From Jimgerdemannia flammicorona (Eukaryota), in assembly GCA_003990765.1 (NCBI GenBank), contig RBNJ01000002.1, positions 1-64,000 on the forward strand: a stretch of 64,000 nt of DNA. Reading direction: 5' to 3'. Shown here piece after piece: positions 14,400 through 28,777 of the stretch. How positions within the stretch are numbered: position 1 is the stretch's first letter; each line of letters opens with the position of its first letter. A program made the translations under genes and the position numbers. A model generated the notes under the pieces. The model did not search any database. It worked only from the letters and a program-made list of their open reading frames with translations, and was not told the origin of the DNA.

Positions 14400-15307
14400 T
14401 TTCAAGAGAGGAGGGTGAGTGAATACTACTGATGCAGAAGGTCTAGAAGATGAGGTTTTCTCCCAGAGACTCTTTGAGTAATCTGCTATCATTGATTAGA
14501 TTGAGTGATAGTAGATACTTATGATATAAAGACTTCTAGTAGATAGTATATATCATATTGAACTATACTAATAGAGTGCTGAGAGGGAGATATATTGGAG
14601 TCTGGTGATATAGAGATAAGATAGACTACTGTTGAGTAGTTCCATACTAATAGACTTTGATATTAGTACTGAGATAGAGTACTAAAGAAGAATGGAACAA
14701 AATTTATAGCCCATAGGCTAGCAGATAGCTGGAATTGGTAAAGAGTAGAACTGAGCAGATATCTGGTCCTGAAGTACTAAGGTGCAGTAGTGGCTTCCTC
14801 TAAAGTTCTGAGTAGTATGGTGATATTTTTTGAGAAGAAATATTATATTGAACTTTTGGTCAGATCACTTGATAGATAGTAGGCTCTTTAATTATAAAGA
14901 GTATTATAATATAGAGCAGAAGGGGAACTTTATACAGATATCTGAACATTGACTAAGTGAGTGTGAGATACTTGGTAATTTCTAAATAGTGGTTGAAAAA
15001 TACCTAAGAGTAGTAAGGAGAGAGAATGATGAGAGGAGTAGGTAAGATGATTTTAGAGAGAGATTAGTGAGTTATATTAATAATAAGTAACTTACTATTG
15101 AGTGAATTTTGGCAGTATAGATGAGACTAACTAAACATTGGTTATATATATTTGAGAAGAAGAGACAGATGAGTTTGGAGGAGTATTTGATGAGATAAAA
15201 GAGTTGTTGAGAGATGTTATGTCTGACTGATAAGTGGGGTGGAGTATCATTACTACTATCTAGTAGAGGAAATTTATGAGTAAAGAGAGAGGAGAGTTAT
15301 GATAGTT
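14400..15307 (+). mobile_element. L1/Tx1-like LINE ORF2 3' fragment; its last ~120 bp and poly(A) lie inverted at 36861-36990
   Basis: Closely similar to 43810-44310; C-terminal Cys/His region (EH.LSECEI); broken at the inversion breakpoint. Confidence 0.75.
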
Positions 15308-16715
15308 GATTACCTGGTTATACAAAATATATCAGTAAGTATAAGAACTTACTGCTAAGATATAAAAATACCAGAAGAAGTACTACAACTATAAGACTGA
15401 CTCTGAATCTCTACTCATTAAGACAATCAGTCTTAGTATACTGTACTATTATAAAAGGAAACTGAAATATCAAACTCAAACCAAAATGAGAAGAACTCTA
15501 TCTTGTCTATCAAAGATTCATAAACCATACTTATCAACTCAAGACCCAGATATATCACAACTATATAAGACCTTATTACTTAGCAGAAGTAAAATACATT
15601 TGAATAACTCTATTCACTCTATCTGTATCACCTCTATTGGAGAATGATAAATACTTCATCTGAACTTAAGAAAGCCAATATTGTTAAAACCAATCTCAAG
15701 TCTATCCATATGATAGATATTATTACTAGAAATTGCCTCAGATTATAGAAAATATCATTTCTGAGAGGTTTGAACCCCCAGCTATAATAATGGAAGCCCT
15801 CATCTTAGACAAGGATGGCCAGTCCTTACAAATATACTAGCAGTTCAAAAAAAAAGAGAACCAAGATCTGTTATTCTTGTACAACCACTACTACTAGAGA
15901 TAGCTTTAAATTGTAAAAGATAGATATGATGATATCTTTGAAACTAATAATATCAGAAGTCAGAAAACTGCTTAGATATCATTAGAGATGATGTTATCAA
16001 AGGTGATATTATCAAAGACTACCTAGATAGTATCTAAATCTATAGATAGCCTAGCAGTCATTAGTATAATTAGATTAGCCTCATATAACATAGCTGTGAA
16101 CTGACTCAGCAGTCAGATGATCTCTTGATATGTCAGTTCACACTTATACTATGTGACTGCATTCCAACTCAGTAAGGTACTAAGTACTATATCTATATTT
16201 AGCATAGTTCAGATAGCCTTCTATTAGTATAAATATCCCTTCTCTCAGACCTCAGAATCTCAGACTCAAATAGATAAGAACAACTTCTGAACACTTTCCC
16301 ACAATATCCCTTTACACAATTACTCCTAGTATAGTAATATCATAAATAGTAAATAAATCTATTTAATAACCTATAAACTACTCTTAAGTAAATTCACTCT
16401 CTATTAGATCTCACTCTTAACCATATCATGAAATTTCCTAATTAGATATTGTCTGCAGTGATATGCTAATTCAACTAAGCTGGTCTTAGTTTCTTAAACT
16501 TTCTGAAATACAGAAAATCCTGAACATTTAGAACTAGTTCAAAAAAAGACTTTGGTTAAGACATCAATTTGATTTAGAAATCAATAAGTATAGAGAATAT
16601 TCTCTATACAAAATTGATCTTGACCTAAAGAAAACAGTCTTTTAGAATATTCAGAACTTCTAGAAAACCCTTTCAGAACTATGTAATAGTTATCTTAATA
16701 AGTAACTCTCTTATA
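15308..16715 (+). repeat. family 1 short-type LTR, major part of the 3' LTR of copy E displaced by inversion
   Basis: Reverse complement of 40473-41880; ends CTTATA followed by CTCCT (revcomp AGGAG, matching AGAAG at 41976-41980). Confidence 0.88.
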
Positions 16716-18157
16716 CTCCTATTGAGAGCCCCTTATAGTTCTAATAAGCAATCTGCAACCCAATGTCTCTAATCTAAGTATCTCACAACTCCTTCTCAGC
16801 TAGTAAGGAGAAATTGAGTTGCCAATATCTAGGCTCATCCTTATTCTCTTCAAACTAACTATATCTTAATAAATTACAATAATCTAACCATAGGTACCAC
16901 TTGACCTCTAAATTCTTCCAAATATCTAACCCTTAGCAATCAGCTGTCAGTATCTAGTCAATCCTCATTCTAAGTCCATTTATTCAATAGATATAAATCT
17001 GATAGTCACTCCATATTACCCTGCTAGTATCTATTAAGAAGCTGAGTCTCTCTACTTTCTCTTAAAGATTCAGACCTCCACTATGATCTCTAGTACTTCT
17101 CTCTTAATTAGTTCTATTCAATACCATATTTCTGACTATATTGAAATCTCTCTTAAGCATATTAATCCCTATCTCAGCCAGCACACTATAATTAAGAAGT
17201 CTATCTAGCTATTCAATTTAATCACCTTATACTGCTAGATAGTAATATGAGCTAATAATAATAGTCTTTTACTCTGGCCTTCACCACTCCTCTCAAACCA
17301 ATTGATCACTCCAGCTCCCAACTTTACAAAGTTCACTCTTGCTACACTATATCAGAATTCCAACTCTGTTCCTCCAAATAGCTACACTATCCCACTTTCT
17401 TATCTACTCTTATCTATTTAAGTTCTTCTCTTACTATATATCCTGCAACAGAAAAAAATCTATATCCAGTTCTTTCAGTCAAGCAAAAATATTCTAACAC
17501 CTCTCAGAGTTTCTCAGACTATTTACATTCAATGAGAAAATATTAGTTGTACTATTCATATTGAATAATAGTATAAGAGTCTCAGTCTCTTTAAAGCTCT
17601 ACACTTATCTCCTCCTGGGCTAGGTTCAGTTCATATTCTACAATAGCCTCCTCATTCTCAACTCTCTTAGCCTCTAGTCTAACTAGAAGCTCAGTCAATG
17701 CCTTATAATCTTTCTCCTCTATCTTCTCCTTATATATTAGATATATTTTCTACTAAAGTAGTAATCTATATCACTTTTTTCATCAGAAGGTAGCCCATTC
17801 TCCAGCAGCCATAGCTAATTCTATCTCTCTTATAACATCTATCTCATAACTCTCCTCTTTCAGATATACTACCAATATCTCAGTCTTTAGAGTTTTCACT
17901 ATACTATCATCTTACAGATCTCTCAGTACTTCTTGCTGATCACTCTCAAGTCTATCTTACTCAACTCCTCTGTTATCAGATTATATATTATTATTCATAT
18001 CTTTGTAAATTGTCAATATTCTTCTTCTCAGGAGTATCAGACTACCTTTCACCCAATATCTTAGTATCAGTCCTGGTATTTACAGACTCATCTCATACTT
18101 TCTCTAGAATATCAACAAACTTATCTATCTTGATATCAATCACCTAACCCCCTTTCA
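16716..18157 (-). mobile_element. LINE-B middle segment (ORF1 end and endonuclease region)
   Basis: Homologous to LINE-A ~20400-21600; joins 41976-44310 across the copy E TSD and 34861-36385 across the LINE-A TSD. Confidence 0.75.
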
Positions 18158-18703
18158 TAGTGCTCTGAATGAGTCAATTTAATCTAGATTGGATTTGAAT
18201 TAGATTTGGATTGAATCCCATCCAGATCAATTTGAATCAACCATTGTTTTGATTTCTAAATTAGATAATTAAATATTTATATCAATAACTTGATGAATAA
18301 TTATCCAATTTTGATGATCTTGGTGTTATTTGAAAGCCCTCAATAAGGCCTTTCTAATGATACCAAGAATATTAAAATAGGATTATGTATTGTCAAGCTA
18401 TTAAGAAAAATGTTCTTTTGAAGAAATTTTCAAAATTGATAAGTCAGATGTTTTTCTTAATAACTCAGCAATGAAATATCAAATTTTAATATTATTAATA
18501 TCATTAGAAAGACCTTATTAAGAGCTTTCAAATGACATCAAAATTATCAAAATTGGATAATTATTCATTGTAAACATTTAATTGTCTAATTTGGAAATCA
18601 AAACAATGGTTGATTTAAATTAATCTAAATGGGATTTAAACCTCATCTGAGTTGATCCAGATGAGATTTGAATCTGATCTAGATCAACTCATTCAGAGCA
18701 CTA
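18158..18703. mobile_element. MITE, probably hAT type (~546 bp, near-palindromic)
   Basis: TIRs TAGTGCTCTGAATGAG / CTCATTCAGAGCACTA; GATTY-like subterminal repeats; degenerate 8-bp TSD CCCTTTCA/TACTTTTA. Confidence 0.8.
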
Positions 18704-18986
18704 TACTTTTACTATATCAGATATCTCAATTGATTCTTTCTCTAATAACATTTGAGTTATACATACTTCTAGCAATACTCATAACATTGTTTTTGAAGAA
18801 TAGATCTTAGAAATATAGTAACCAATAAGTACATATTCTGAGGTATATGCTGGACAGAGCAATCTTAGTGCATTTGACTAGCAGTATGTGGAGAGGAGTC
18901 ATAGTTTGGGAGAAAGTATGCAGGACTTACTGGCTAGAGAATATAGAAGAGAAGAAAGTAGTACTGAGAGATAGGGGACTGAGAGA

Positions 18987-20740
18987 ATGAGCTTTACTGA
19001 CAAGGTGAAGGAGGGACATCCATCAACTAGATTAAAGGGTTGGCTGAGAAAGAGCAAGGAGATAGCAAGGACTGTGGGGTCTGGTGAAGTAGTCTATAGT
19101 AGTGAGAGTAGTGGGGTTGGGGGAGTAGTAGCTGAAGGGAGTAAGACTGCTGATGGTAAAGAGACTACTAATCTGAAAAAAAAATCCAAATATAATAGTT
19201 GATGGTGGATCTGGACAGAGAGTGGGCACAAGGCCTAGAGACCTGACAGATAGTATAATAGATCTGGTAGTAGCACTATTACTTAAGAAATTAAGATCAA
19301 AATTTACTATTATATTGTATTTCTAGGGCTTAGTAGTTATGGTGAGGATGATTCTGGAGCTTCTGGCTCAGGAGGTGAAAAGAGTAGCCTCAGTAAAATT
19401 TTGAAGGATTTGAAAGAGATAGAGATGAGCTTTGAGACAGAGGATATATAGCTGAGAGTAATGGAGAAGAGAGTAGTAGTGAGAGGAGTAGTGATCTCTA
19501 TAGCTTGATACTTATGCTGGAACCCCTAAGTGATGTAGTTGATAGTAGTGGATATATCTATAGTATCAAAGAAGACAGCCAGGGAGTTGATTGTGGAGGC
19601 TATCAAGAAGTATGGAGATATCATAGATATTATATTTTGGGTCTGAGAAGGCATAGATTTCAGGATAGAGAATGTGGACATCAGAGTATAATTAGCAGAT
19701 AAGGAGAATACAGAAAAAGTGAGAGATTGGCCAGTGGTCCTCAAATGGAGATCTGTAGAGTATAAAGTTTCAAGAGTGAAAGAGATGCTAGAGGAAGAAG
19801 AGGACTTACTAGAGATATTAGAAAATCTGGCTGAGGCTATTGAGAGAAGGAGATTGGTCTGAAAAGAGTTTGAGATCAAGATAGTAGTAGATATTGTGAA
19901 TGGTAAGAGGGTGTGGCTAGATTGGGCAGCCTGGAAGAGGGTACAGAGGAGATATATTCAGAAAGATCTATTGACAAAGTTGGGAGGGGGGATAGAGAGA
20001 GAGACTATTACTGTAGATATTAGGTTAGGGATAAGTGTCTGGGTAGGAAAGAAGGAAGCAGTACCAGAGGAGACCTCAGGGGAGAGCAGAGACTCAGAAC
20101 AGAGTGCAGTAGTGGAAGATAAAGTGATGAGCAAGGAGGACCACTCATAGCATAGGATATCAGCAGGGTCAGAGGAGATAATGAACTGTAAGATATGCTA
20201 GAGGAGAATTGGGATGAGTCAGCAAGGATAAATAGAGAGGAAGAGCAGGTGGAAGGAGGAAAAGAAGTGGCTCAGAGAGTGGAGAAGGCAGTTGATAAGG
20301 AGAAGTGGTTGTGAAAAATGCTGACAAATGTGGTGGCTGAGGAGCTGGGGGAGAGGACTTTTGGATACTTAGTAAGAGATACTAGAGAGAAATCCTACAA
20401 GATGAGAAAGTACTGTAAAAACTCTAAGATGAGATAATGGCAGCTTTGCTGGAAGCTGAGACATATCAAGTAGATAATGAAAGGGAGGTAGTACTTTGGA
20501 TAATTGTAAATAACTAAGCTACATATCTGTGGGATCTGAGAAAGGGGTAGATAAAGTAGCAAGTGGTGTGTGAGGAGTATAAGACAGATATTGAAGCTGT
20601 GGATAGTGTGAATTATCAGGAGATCTTAGAGACATTAGAGACTTAGCAGGAAGAGATGGATGAGCTTAAGACAGAAAAAAACCTAGATATTACTAGTGAT
20701 GTGGTGAGTATAGAATTATAGAGTAGGCAGTTGTCATTTA
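18987..20740 (+). pseudogene. LINE-A ORF1 (degraded)
   Basis: Starts MSFTDKVKEG, same start as 36120 (-) and ~62085 (-); lies between the 5' UTR and the endonuclease region. Confidence 0.7.
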
Positions 20741-22862
20741 AAAAACATTATTCAATATGAATAATATAACTAGAATCTTCTTTTTGAATATCAATAGGCT
20801 ATAAGTAGCAGTGAGGCATAAAAATATCTTCAGCTGACTAAAGAGACTGAATATGGATTTGTTCCTACTATAAGATATTGGATATAATAGAAATTTAGAT
20901 ATTCTGGACTGGATGAAGAAATGGGGTAGTGTGGCTATTTGATATGAACATATGGGTATTCTGGTTAGAAAGAGCAAGGAGAATATTGGAAACATTAGAC
21001 ATTAGGGGAGCAGGATAGTGTGAGGAGTTTGGAAGAGACCAGGCTAGAGACCATTGACTGTTGGGTCAGGTTATTGTCCAGTGGAAAGGGGAGAGAGAGT
21101 AGAATAGATTTGAGGGCTACAAGAGTCTAGAGCATTGGTGGAGGCAGAGATTGACTGTCTAGATAGAGACTTTAACATAATATATAATAGAAAGATAGAC
21201 AGAACTAATGGAGAAAGAGGAATAGCTAGTAAGAATAGTAGTATGGAAGCCTGAGAGAAAGTCAAACATCTGAGTTCATTAGTAGATACTGAGAGACTTG
21301 GATGGGGGAATTGTAGGGTCTATACTCACTGGATAGTAGAGTTGGGCTTAAGGATTGACTGAGTGTTAACTGCTGAATGCTAGGGAGTTGATATCTAGAG
21401 AACTTTGGAAACTGTTTAGTATCTGTAGTCAGATCACTAGAGCCTTTTAGGAGGGGGGATATTTTGGGGGAAGTAGGGAGAGATCTGAATATTAGCACTT
21501 AAATACCTCATTGCTAGGAGAGGCCTCTTTATAGAATATATGAGTGATAGATATTAGCTCTAGAATACTTAGCTAGAGAGTAAAGAGACTGGTGATTGGG
21601 GATCACTGAAAGAGATTGAAATTAGATATACAACAGTACTGAGGAGAGGCAGAAAGGATGTGTGATGCTCAGAGGAGAAAGTAAGTAAGGTAGACCTTCC
21701 AGAAGTTAGTGAGGTTGTTGGTATCTTGGACAGATCTGTTGAATGATAGTGAGGAGAGAGATTGGAGGATACAGTGAATCAGGCTAGAGGTGGCAGAGTT
21801 GAAGGGTATGCTGAGGCAAGAGGAAGATCTATAGATAAAGAATATAGTAGCCCAGCTGATGTAGTAGAGATTAGAGAAAGAGAAGAGGCCTACAAAATTT
21901 TTGTCACAACTTCTGTAGGTAAAGAGAGTATAGTAGAGATGAGAGGGAGTATTGGATGAGATAGGAGAGTTAGTTGTTAGGACACTAGAGATTTTGGACC
22001 AGTTGAGCAAACAGTGGGGGTAATTATAAAGTGAGGAGAAAGGGAGGGTGGGGGGACTGGACATTCAAAGACACCTAGAGGGCTGACACTCTGATCTAGT
22101 AGAGGGCTTAGGACCTTGGCACTTCTGTTGAGGAGAGATTCAGCAGATACTAATGATGACAAACTTAGGGATAGTACTAGGAGAAGATGGCTTACTATGA
22201 GATTTTTGAAAAAAGATGGCAGAAGTTGAGTTAATTTAAAGAAAATGACAGCAATATATGAGGAGATCATTAGTTCAGAAGAGTGGATTAGGGGGCAGTA
22301 CTTAGGTCTTGTAACTCTGCTGTTTAAGAATAAGGAGAGAAGAGAGGAGTGTAAAAACTAGAGGCTAATCATACTTCTGGATATAGATCACAAGCTTATC
22401 ATAAAGATACTAGTGGCTAGGCTATAAGATGTGGCTCAGCAAGTACTGGGAGCTGAGTAGTAAGGATTTGTAGGGGAATATCTAATCAGAGATGGGATGG
22501 TCTGGATGTATGATATCATTAAAGAGACTTATACTACTGAGGTAGATAGATGACTGATTTTTCTAGACCAGGAGAAGACCTATGATAGAGTTCAGTAAGT
22601 ATAATTAGAAGGAGTGCTGAAGTATATAAGAGTTCTCTCAGGGGTCCAGCAGGTCTTAGTCAGGCTGCTAGAAGAGAGTCAGATAGTAATTTTAATAAAT
22701 AGTCATAAAGGGGTTTTATTCTCTCTAGGCAGGAGAGTGCTGCAAGAGGATCCACTATTACTGATCCTATATATACTGTCTCTGGAGCCACTTTTGGATC
22801 AGATTTGATAAAGGGTGGGGAGGTTGGATATTCTGGAGATTAATTGGAAGGTGGAGGTCTTT
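20740..22862 (+). pseudogene. LINE-A ORF2 5' part (AP endonuclease and RT up to the catalytic motif); continues 33263-~34780
   Basis: RLIILLDIDHKLIIK, FLDQEKTYDRV, WKVE(A/V)F|xDxIVVGL split by the Gypsy insertion. Confidence 0.85.
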
Positions 22863-24904
22863 TGTAAGAGGGTTGCTTTTTAAGATAACTGTTACATAGT
22901 TCTGGAAAGGTTTTCTGAAAGTTCTAGATATTCTGGAAGACTGTTTTCTTATGGTCAAGATCAATTTCATATAGAGTATGTCCTCTATGCTTATTGATTT
23001 CAAGATTGGGTTGATGTCTCAACCAAAGTCCCTTTTCAGACTAGTTCTGGATGTTCAGGATTTTCCATATTTCAGGAAGTTCAAGAAACTAAGACCAGCT
23101 TAGTTGAATTGGCATACATATTGCTGCAGACAATACCCAATTAGGAATTTTTGTGAGGGGGTTAGGAGTAGAATTTACTTAAGGGTGGTTTGCAGGTTAT
23201 TTGAATGGGTTTATTTGCTATTCATGATATTGCTATACTAGGAGTAGTTGTGTGAAGGGATATTGTAGGGAAGTGTTCAGGAATGTTCTTGTGTATTCGA
23301 GACTGAAATTCTGAGGTCTGGGGGAGGGGGTATTTATACTAGTGAGGGGCTATCTGGACTATGCTGAATATGGATGTAGCACTAAGTGCCTTGCTGAGTC
23401 AGAATGCAGTCATATAGTACAAGTGTGATCTGATATGTCAAGAGATCATCTGACTGCTGAGTCAGTTCACAGTCATATCATATAAGACTAATCTAACTAT
23501 ACTATGACTGCTAGGCTATTTATGGGTTTAGGCACTATCTGGGTAGTCCTTGATGACATCACCATTGATTGCATTATCTCTGATAAAGTAGTAGTCCAGA
23601 AAAAGTGGTTTGCAGATTACTTCTCCTTGTTTGCTAAGGTGATAATATATTGGAAACTTCATCTCCATCCCACAAGATGGCATTGTCTGTCTCATATGCT
23701 GGATAAGATATTGGTGGGCAAAGGAGGGGTGCATCATTTTCACTTTCATTGGATTCACTGTCTGCATACCTTCTATAGGTTACAGCACTATGAGTCATAG
23801 AGTTGTAGTAGGCTAGTGGCTGTGGTTTATGTCACTCGTACTCAGGTGGTGGAGTGGTTGGTTCAATCTCGAGGGTTGTCTGGAGGTACAGGTTGTGTTC
23901 TCTGGTCTCTTCATTGTAGTTGAAGTAATTGGGTGTGAATGTGGGTTGATATTTGTGCCAGTGGTCATTATCTCAATAAGTCTTATATACTGTTATGAAT
24001 TATTGTAAGTTCATCAGCAAGATTGGTGGTATGATCAGGGTTGGTAGAGATCCTTGGCTAGAGGTCATGTCGGTGTCAGAGAGATCATTGTTTTCTGCTT
24101 CATTTTCATCAAAGTGGATTATATCATAGATGTCCTTTATGGTATATCCAACTTGGGGCATTTGCAGGATATGATCACTGGGGTGTGGGAAGGTTCTGCA
24201 ACATACTCAAGGTATTTGTGGTTGAGTTCTTGTATCATGTCATTAATTTGGCCATAGGATAGGGTAGCAACCATTTCGCTGGTGGTAACTTGGAGGCAGG
24301 GAATAATGATACTGTACTTGTAGAAGAGTTCTCGATATTTGCAGGTGATGAGCTTCTGGTGTTGAGACATCTGGGTAATGTCTGTATTATGGTGGTGTTC
24401 AACCATGTCTTCCAGGAGGTGGCTGATCTGGTAATAGCTTGAGATTTGTCTGATTTGGTGGGCCTCACTAAGCATGTTCAGAGCATTTCATCAGGCTTCC
24501 ATGAAGTAGAGGGGTACTAAGCTATGGATATTCATGAGGGGCAGAGGGGGTGTGGCTCAGTTGACAATGGCATTCCAAATGTCAGCATGGATATGGGTAT
24601 AGATCTCAGTGGTCATATTTGTGTATTTGGAAGTTGTAGTTATTGTTTGTTTTGGTTTTCTGATTCGATGCATTTCAGTACTTGGTATATATGTATTTGA
24701 TCCTGATTGGTAAGATTCTGTTTATATAAATCTTGTGTTCTGTGACTTCATATTGACTCAGCTTTGTGCGCTGTGACTTTGGTTTGACTCAGCTTCATGA
24801 TCAAGCAGGTGATTTCCAGATTTGTTCAGAGGTCACATGTGATTTCAGTGGCGTGTTCAGAGGGTGACATGTAATTTCAGTGGCTTGGAGGTTGTGTGCT
24901 TACA
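22863..24904 (-). repeat. 3' LTR of copy D (2042 bp) with U3 ORF remnant ~23528-24617
   Basis: TGTAAG...CTTACA; adjacent PPT; ORF fragments 24137-24475 and 23528-23767. Confidence 0.95.
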
Positions 24905-25119
24905 ACTCTCCCCTTCTTAGCTTTCGACATCCTCATCGGAGTCTTCTAATTTTGTTCAGTAGTATAGGGAGAATAGGCTTACTTTCAGTTTTGCCATTTT
25001 TCCAGAGAGTCAGTATTCTTGTCTTGTTTTGCTGAGTTCTTGGTTTGGTTTGTAATAATTAATATATTCAGGAGGATAATACATATATAGTATATATGGA
25101 TAGGTGTGGAGTATTTGGT

Positions 25120-28100
25120 TCTAGTTGTTCAAGGAATTATATTCCTGAACTAGGTTGGTAGCATTCTGGAGATTGGTCTTGGGTTCCCAGGTTGCATCAT
25201 GGATTGGGTAACCTTTCCATTTGACAAGGTACTCAGGGTGGCTCTTGTTGCCATATTTGTTGAGGATTTGTTCAACTTCGTATTATTCTTGATCATTAAT
25301 AATAACAGGTGCAGGTGGTTTGGTGGTCCAGTTTGGAAATAGCTCATCATTATTCCCATTGTATCACTTGAGATGTTGAACATTAAAGACTGAGTGAATC
25401 TTAATGGTATCTGGTAGCGCCAATTTGTAGGAGGTTGGAGAAACTTATGCAATGACTTCGAATGGTCCAATGAACTTGCTGTTCAGCTTTGTAGATGGTC
25501 TGTACTTGAGGTTATCAACTCAGTATCCTCTGATGTCTAGTAGAACTTTTTCTCCAATATTAAAGGTTTCTTCTCGGCAGTGTTGGTTAATATACTGTGA
25601 CTGTTGTTCTTGAGCTCATAATAAATTCTCAATAGCAATCTGGCTTAGATTGCACATTCGGAGTAAGAATTCTTCAACAGCTTCAACTGTAGAGGATTCC
25701 TCAGTGGTTCAGATAAGTGTCAAAGGGGTGTTTGGGTTTTGTCCAGTATTGGCGAAGAATGGGGTTATTCTGAGAGAGGCTTGCTTACTATTGTTATAGG
25801 CAAACTCAACTGCGGTGAGGTATTCATGCCAGTCATCTTGTCTGTAGGAAACATAGTTCCTTAGCATTTGTTCCAGAGTTTGGTTCATTCTTTTAGTTTG
25901 GCCATCAGTTTCTGGGTAAAAGGCTGTGGATAGTGCAAGTTTTGTTCCAAGGTGTACATGGAGGGCTTTCCAAAAATGGCTGGTGAATTTCAGGTCTCAG
26001 TCACTAACAATGATCTTGGGAAGACCATAATAGTGGAAGATATTATCAAACAAGAGTATGGCTATGTCTGGTGCTGTTACAGTAGTGGTAGTAAGCATGA
26101 AGTAGGCTTGTTTGCTGAGATAGTCCACAAAGACAATAATTGCATCTTTTCCATTCTTAGTTCAGAGTAGTTGTACAATAAAGTCTATAGAGATTTGTTT
26201 CCAATTAGCAGATGGTACTGAGATAGGGTGAAGTAAGCCAGGTTTTGCTAGTGTTGAGGACTTGTTTCATTGACTGGCATCATAGGAAGTGATGTAGGTT
26301 TTGAGCTGATCTGCCATATGGGGCCAATAGAAGTTTTCGGAGATAACTTTATAACATTTGTCAAATCCTAAATGTCCAGCTATAGGGGCATTATGACATT
26401 CAAATAGGATAGTCCTTCGGAGGTCTCGGTTGTTTGGGACATACAGTCTGTCCTTGTAGTAGATAGTATTGTCCTTCAGTTGGTATTGATGATACTGTGT
26501 ATGCTTGTCTGCATCATCACTATTCAGGATTTCTCACAGTGCTTGAGCTTCCTTATCATCAGTACATGCTGTGATAATTTGTTCTATGATAGAGTTTGTA
26601 ACCAAGGTGAGAGTTTGGATAACCTCTTCGATTGGTGGTCTGGAGATTGCATTGGCAATAATATTTTTCTTGCCAGGGTGGTACTGGATTTCATAGTCAA
26701 AGTTGGTGAGGACTTTCATTCATCTGGCTTGCTTTCAAGAAAGGGTAGCCTGTATCTTGATGTTGACTAATAACTTGTGGTCAATCAATACAGTAAAGTG
26801 TGCTCCTTTTAGATAGGGTTGCCATTTGATCAGAGTGTCCACAATGGCTAGCATCTCCTTCTCATGAGTTGTATAGTTTATTTTGGCATCATTGAACTTA
26901 CAGGAGTGATAGGCCACAGGGTGTCCTTCTTGCATAAGTACTGCCCAAGGGCTAGGTTAGAGGCATCAGTGGTAACTTTATATGGCAGTATAGGGTTTGC
27001 CGCTTGTAGTACTGGAGTGGTTATCAGGGCATCCTTTAGTGCTTGAAAGGCAGTATCTTGCTCAGGTCCCCAAGTTACAAGATTGTTGAAGTCTTTTTCT
27101 TGTTTTATGGTCCAGGGTTATTCTTGTTTCTTGCTGTGCTTGGTCATTTGGGTGAGGGCAGTAGTGATTTTAGCAAAGTTGGTAACAAATCACCTGTAAT
27201 AGTTTGCTAATCCCAGGAATGACTGGAGGTCTTTCAGCTTCTTGGGTCTGGACCAATCCTAGATTGTAGAGATTTTGCTAGGGTCTACTTTAATTCCATT
27301 TGGAGTGACAATGTGTCCAAGGAATTGAATTTCTTTCAGGAGAAATTTGCACTTGCTGATTTTTGCAAAGAGTCAGTTTTCTTGGAGTTTCAGTAGTACT
27401 AGTTCAAGGTGTTCAAAATGTTCCTCTAGGGTTTTGCTGAAGACTAGGATGTCATCAATGTAGACAACAATAAATTTGTCTAGGTATGGATGCAGAATGG
27501 TATTCATCAGTGTCTGGAAGGTTGCTGGAGCATTAGTTAAGCCAAAGGGCATAACCAGGAACTCAAAGTGTCTATAGCGAGTTCAGAAAGCTATCTTGTA
27601 GATGTCTTCTTCTTTCATAGCAATTTGCCAGTAACTATTTCACAGGTCGAAGGAGCTCATGAATTGCAGGTTGGTAAGTCTATTGAATATTTCATTGATC
27701 CTCAGTAGTGGGCAACAGTTCTTGATGGTCTGTTCATTGAGATCATGGTAGTCAATACACATTCGCAGGTCTCCTCCTTTTTTAACAACAAAGAGAACTG
27801 GTGTGCCATAGGGTGATACACTGGATCTGATGAATCCTTGCTCTAGGAGTTCATCAATTTCTTTCTTGAGTGCATCAATTTCTCTTGGAGACATGTGGTA
27901 GATTGACTTGAAGGCTGGTTTGGCATCTGGGATAGTCTTGATGGCATGGTCTACTACTCATTTAGAAGGTAGGCCTTTCAGGAGTTTCTTTGAGAATATG
28001 TCTCGAAATTTCTGGAGTAGTGGTCTGACATGGCTGTCAACTTTGGAAAAGTCTTCTTCAGAGTTCTCAGGTTCTCCTTTGGATAGACAGATGGAGATGG

Positions 28101-28570
28101 CAAAGAGAGGGCATTTCTTGGCCAATTTCTTGAGTTGTAGCTTATTGATGTGGGTGATCTTTGGTCCAGGATCACCAGAATTAAGTGGATCCTTTTCACC
28201 TTACAGTTTGAAGTTGTGGTGTCCTTTCTTGATGGTCAGAGAATGGTTTACCCAGTCGATCATAGGGTTCTCTTATTTTAACCATGGAGTTCCAAGGATG
28301 ATTTCATTGTCAGGAAGTGGTATGATTTGGAGGGTAACATGTACTTAGTAGTCACCAATTCGGAGGGGTAGATTGTGGACTTCTTTGCTAATAACATGTG
28401 AGGTTCCATCAGCTGTAGCAACTGCTTGAGTTTGCTGTACTGGAGAGATAAAGACCTTGAGTCTGTTGGCTGTCTCTTCATTGATGAAGTTACCTGAGGC
28501 ACCACTGTCTATCATAATCTTGACAGATGCTCGGTTGACAAAAGCCTTAAGTGTGAGCAGTTTGTCTGAT
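25120..28570 (-). pseudogene. pol: pol of copy D: protease, RT, RNase H, integrase, chromodomain
   Basis: [77 protein letters not shown]. Confidence 0.95.
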
Positions 28571-28637
28571 CCAATGGTGGTGATTTCAGTTGTAGGAGCT
28601 TTCCTTCTGTTGGTTCTTCTTTGAGCCAGTTCATTAA

Positions 28638-28755
28638 CACAAGAGAAGTAATCATCAATTATTTGGGAAGAGTACATTCCAATGCCATGGGGATATCAGC
28701 CACCTGGTACATATCCATCTTTGATTTTCTTGTAGAATTGTTCTTCTTTGTTCAT
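28638..28755 (-). other. Cys/His module between dUTPase and protease (unknown function)
   Basis: EEQFYKKIKDGYVPGG*YPHGIGMYSSQIIDDYFSC (DNCFSC in copy E); homologous to 55329-55445. Confidence 0.75.
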
Positions 28756-28777
28756 GGTAGGTTGGGCTGGGGCCTTG

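Noticed and set aside
27908-28348. 146-aa plus-strand ORF and similar ORFs (29761-30150, 32402-32800, 31853-32200, 55042-55377)
   Set aside because: Antisense to Gypsy coding regions; no independent evidence
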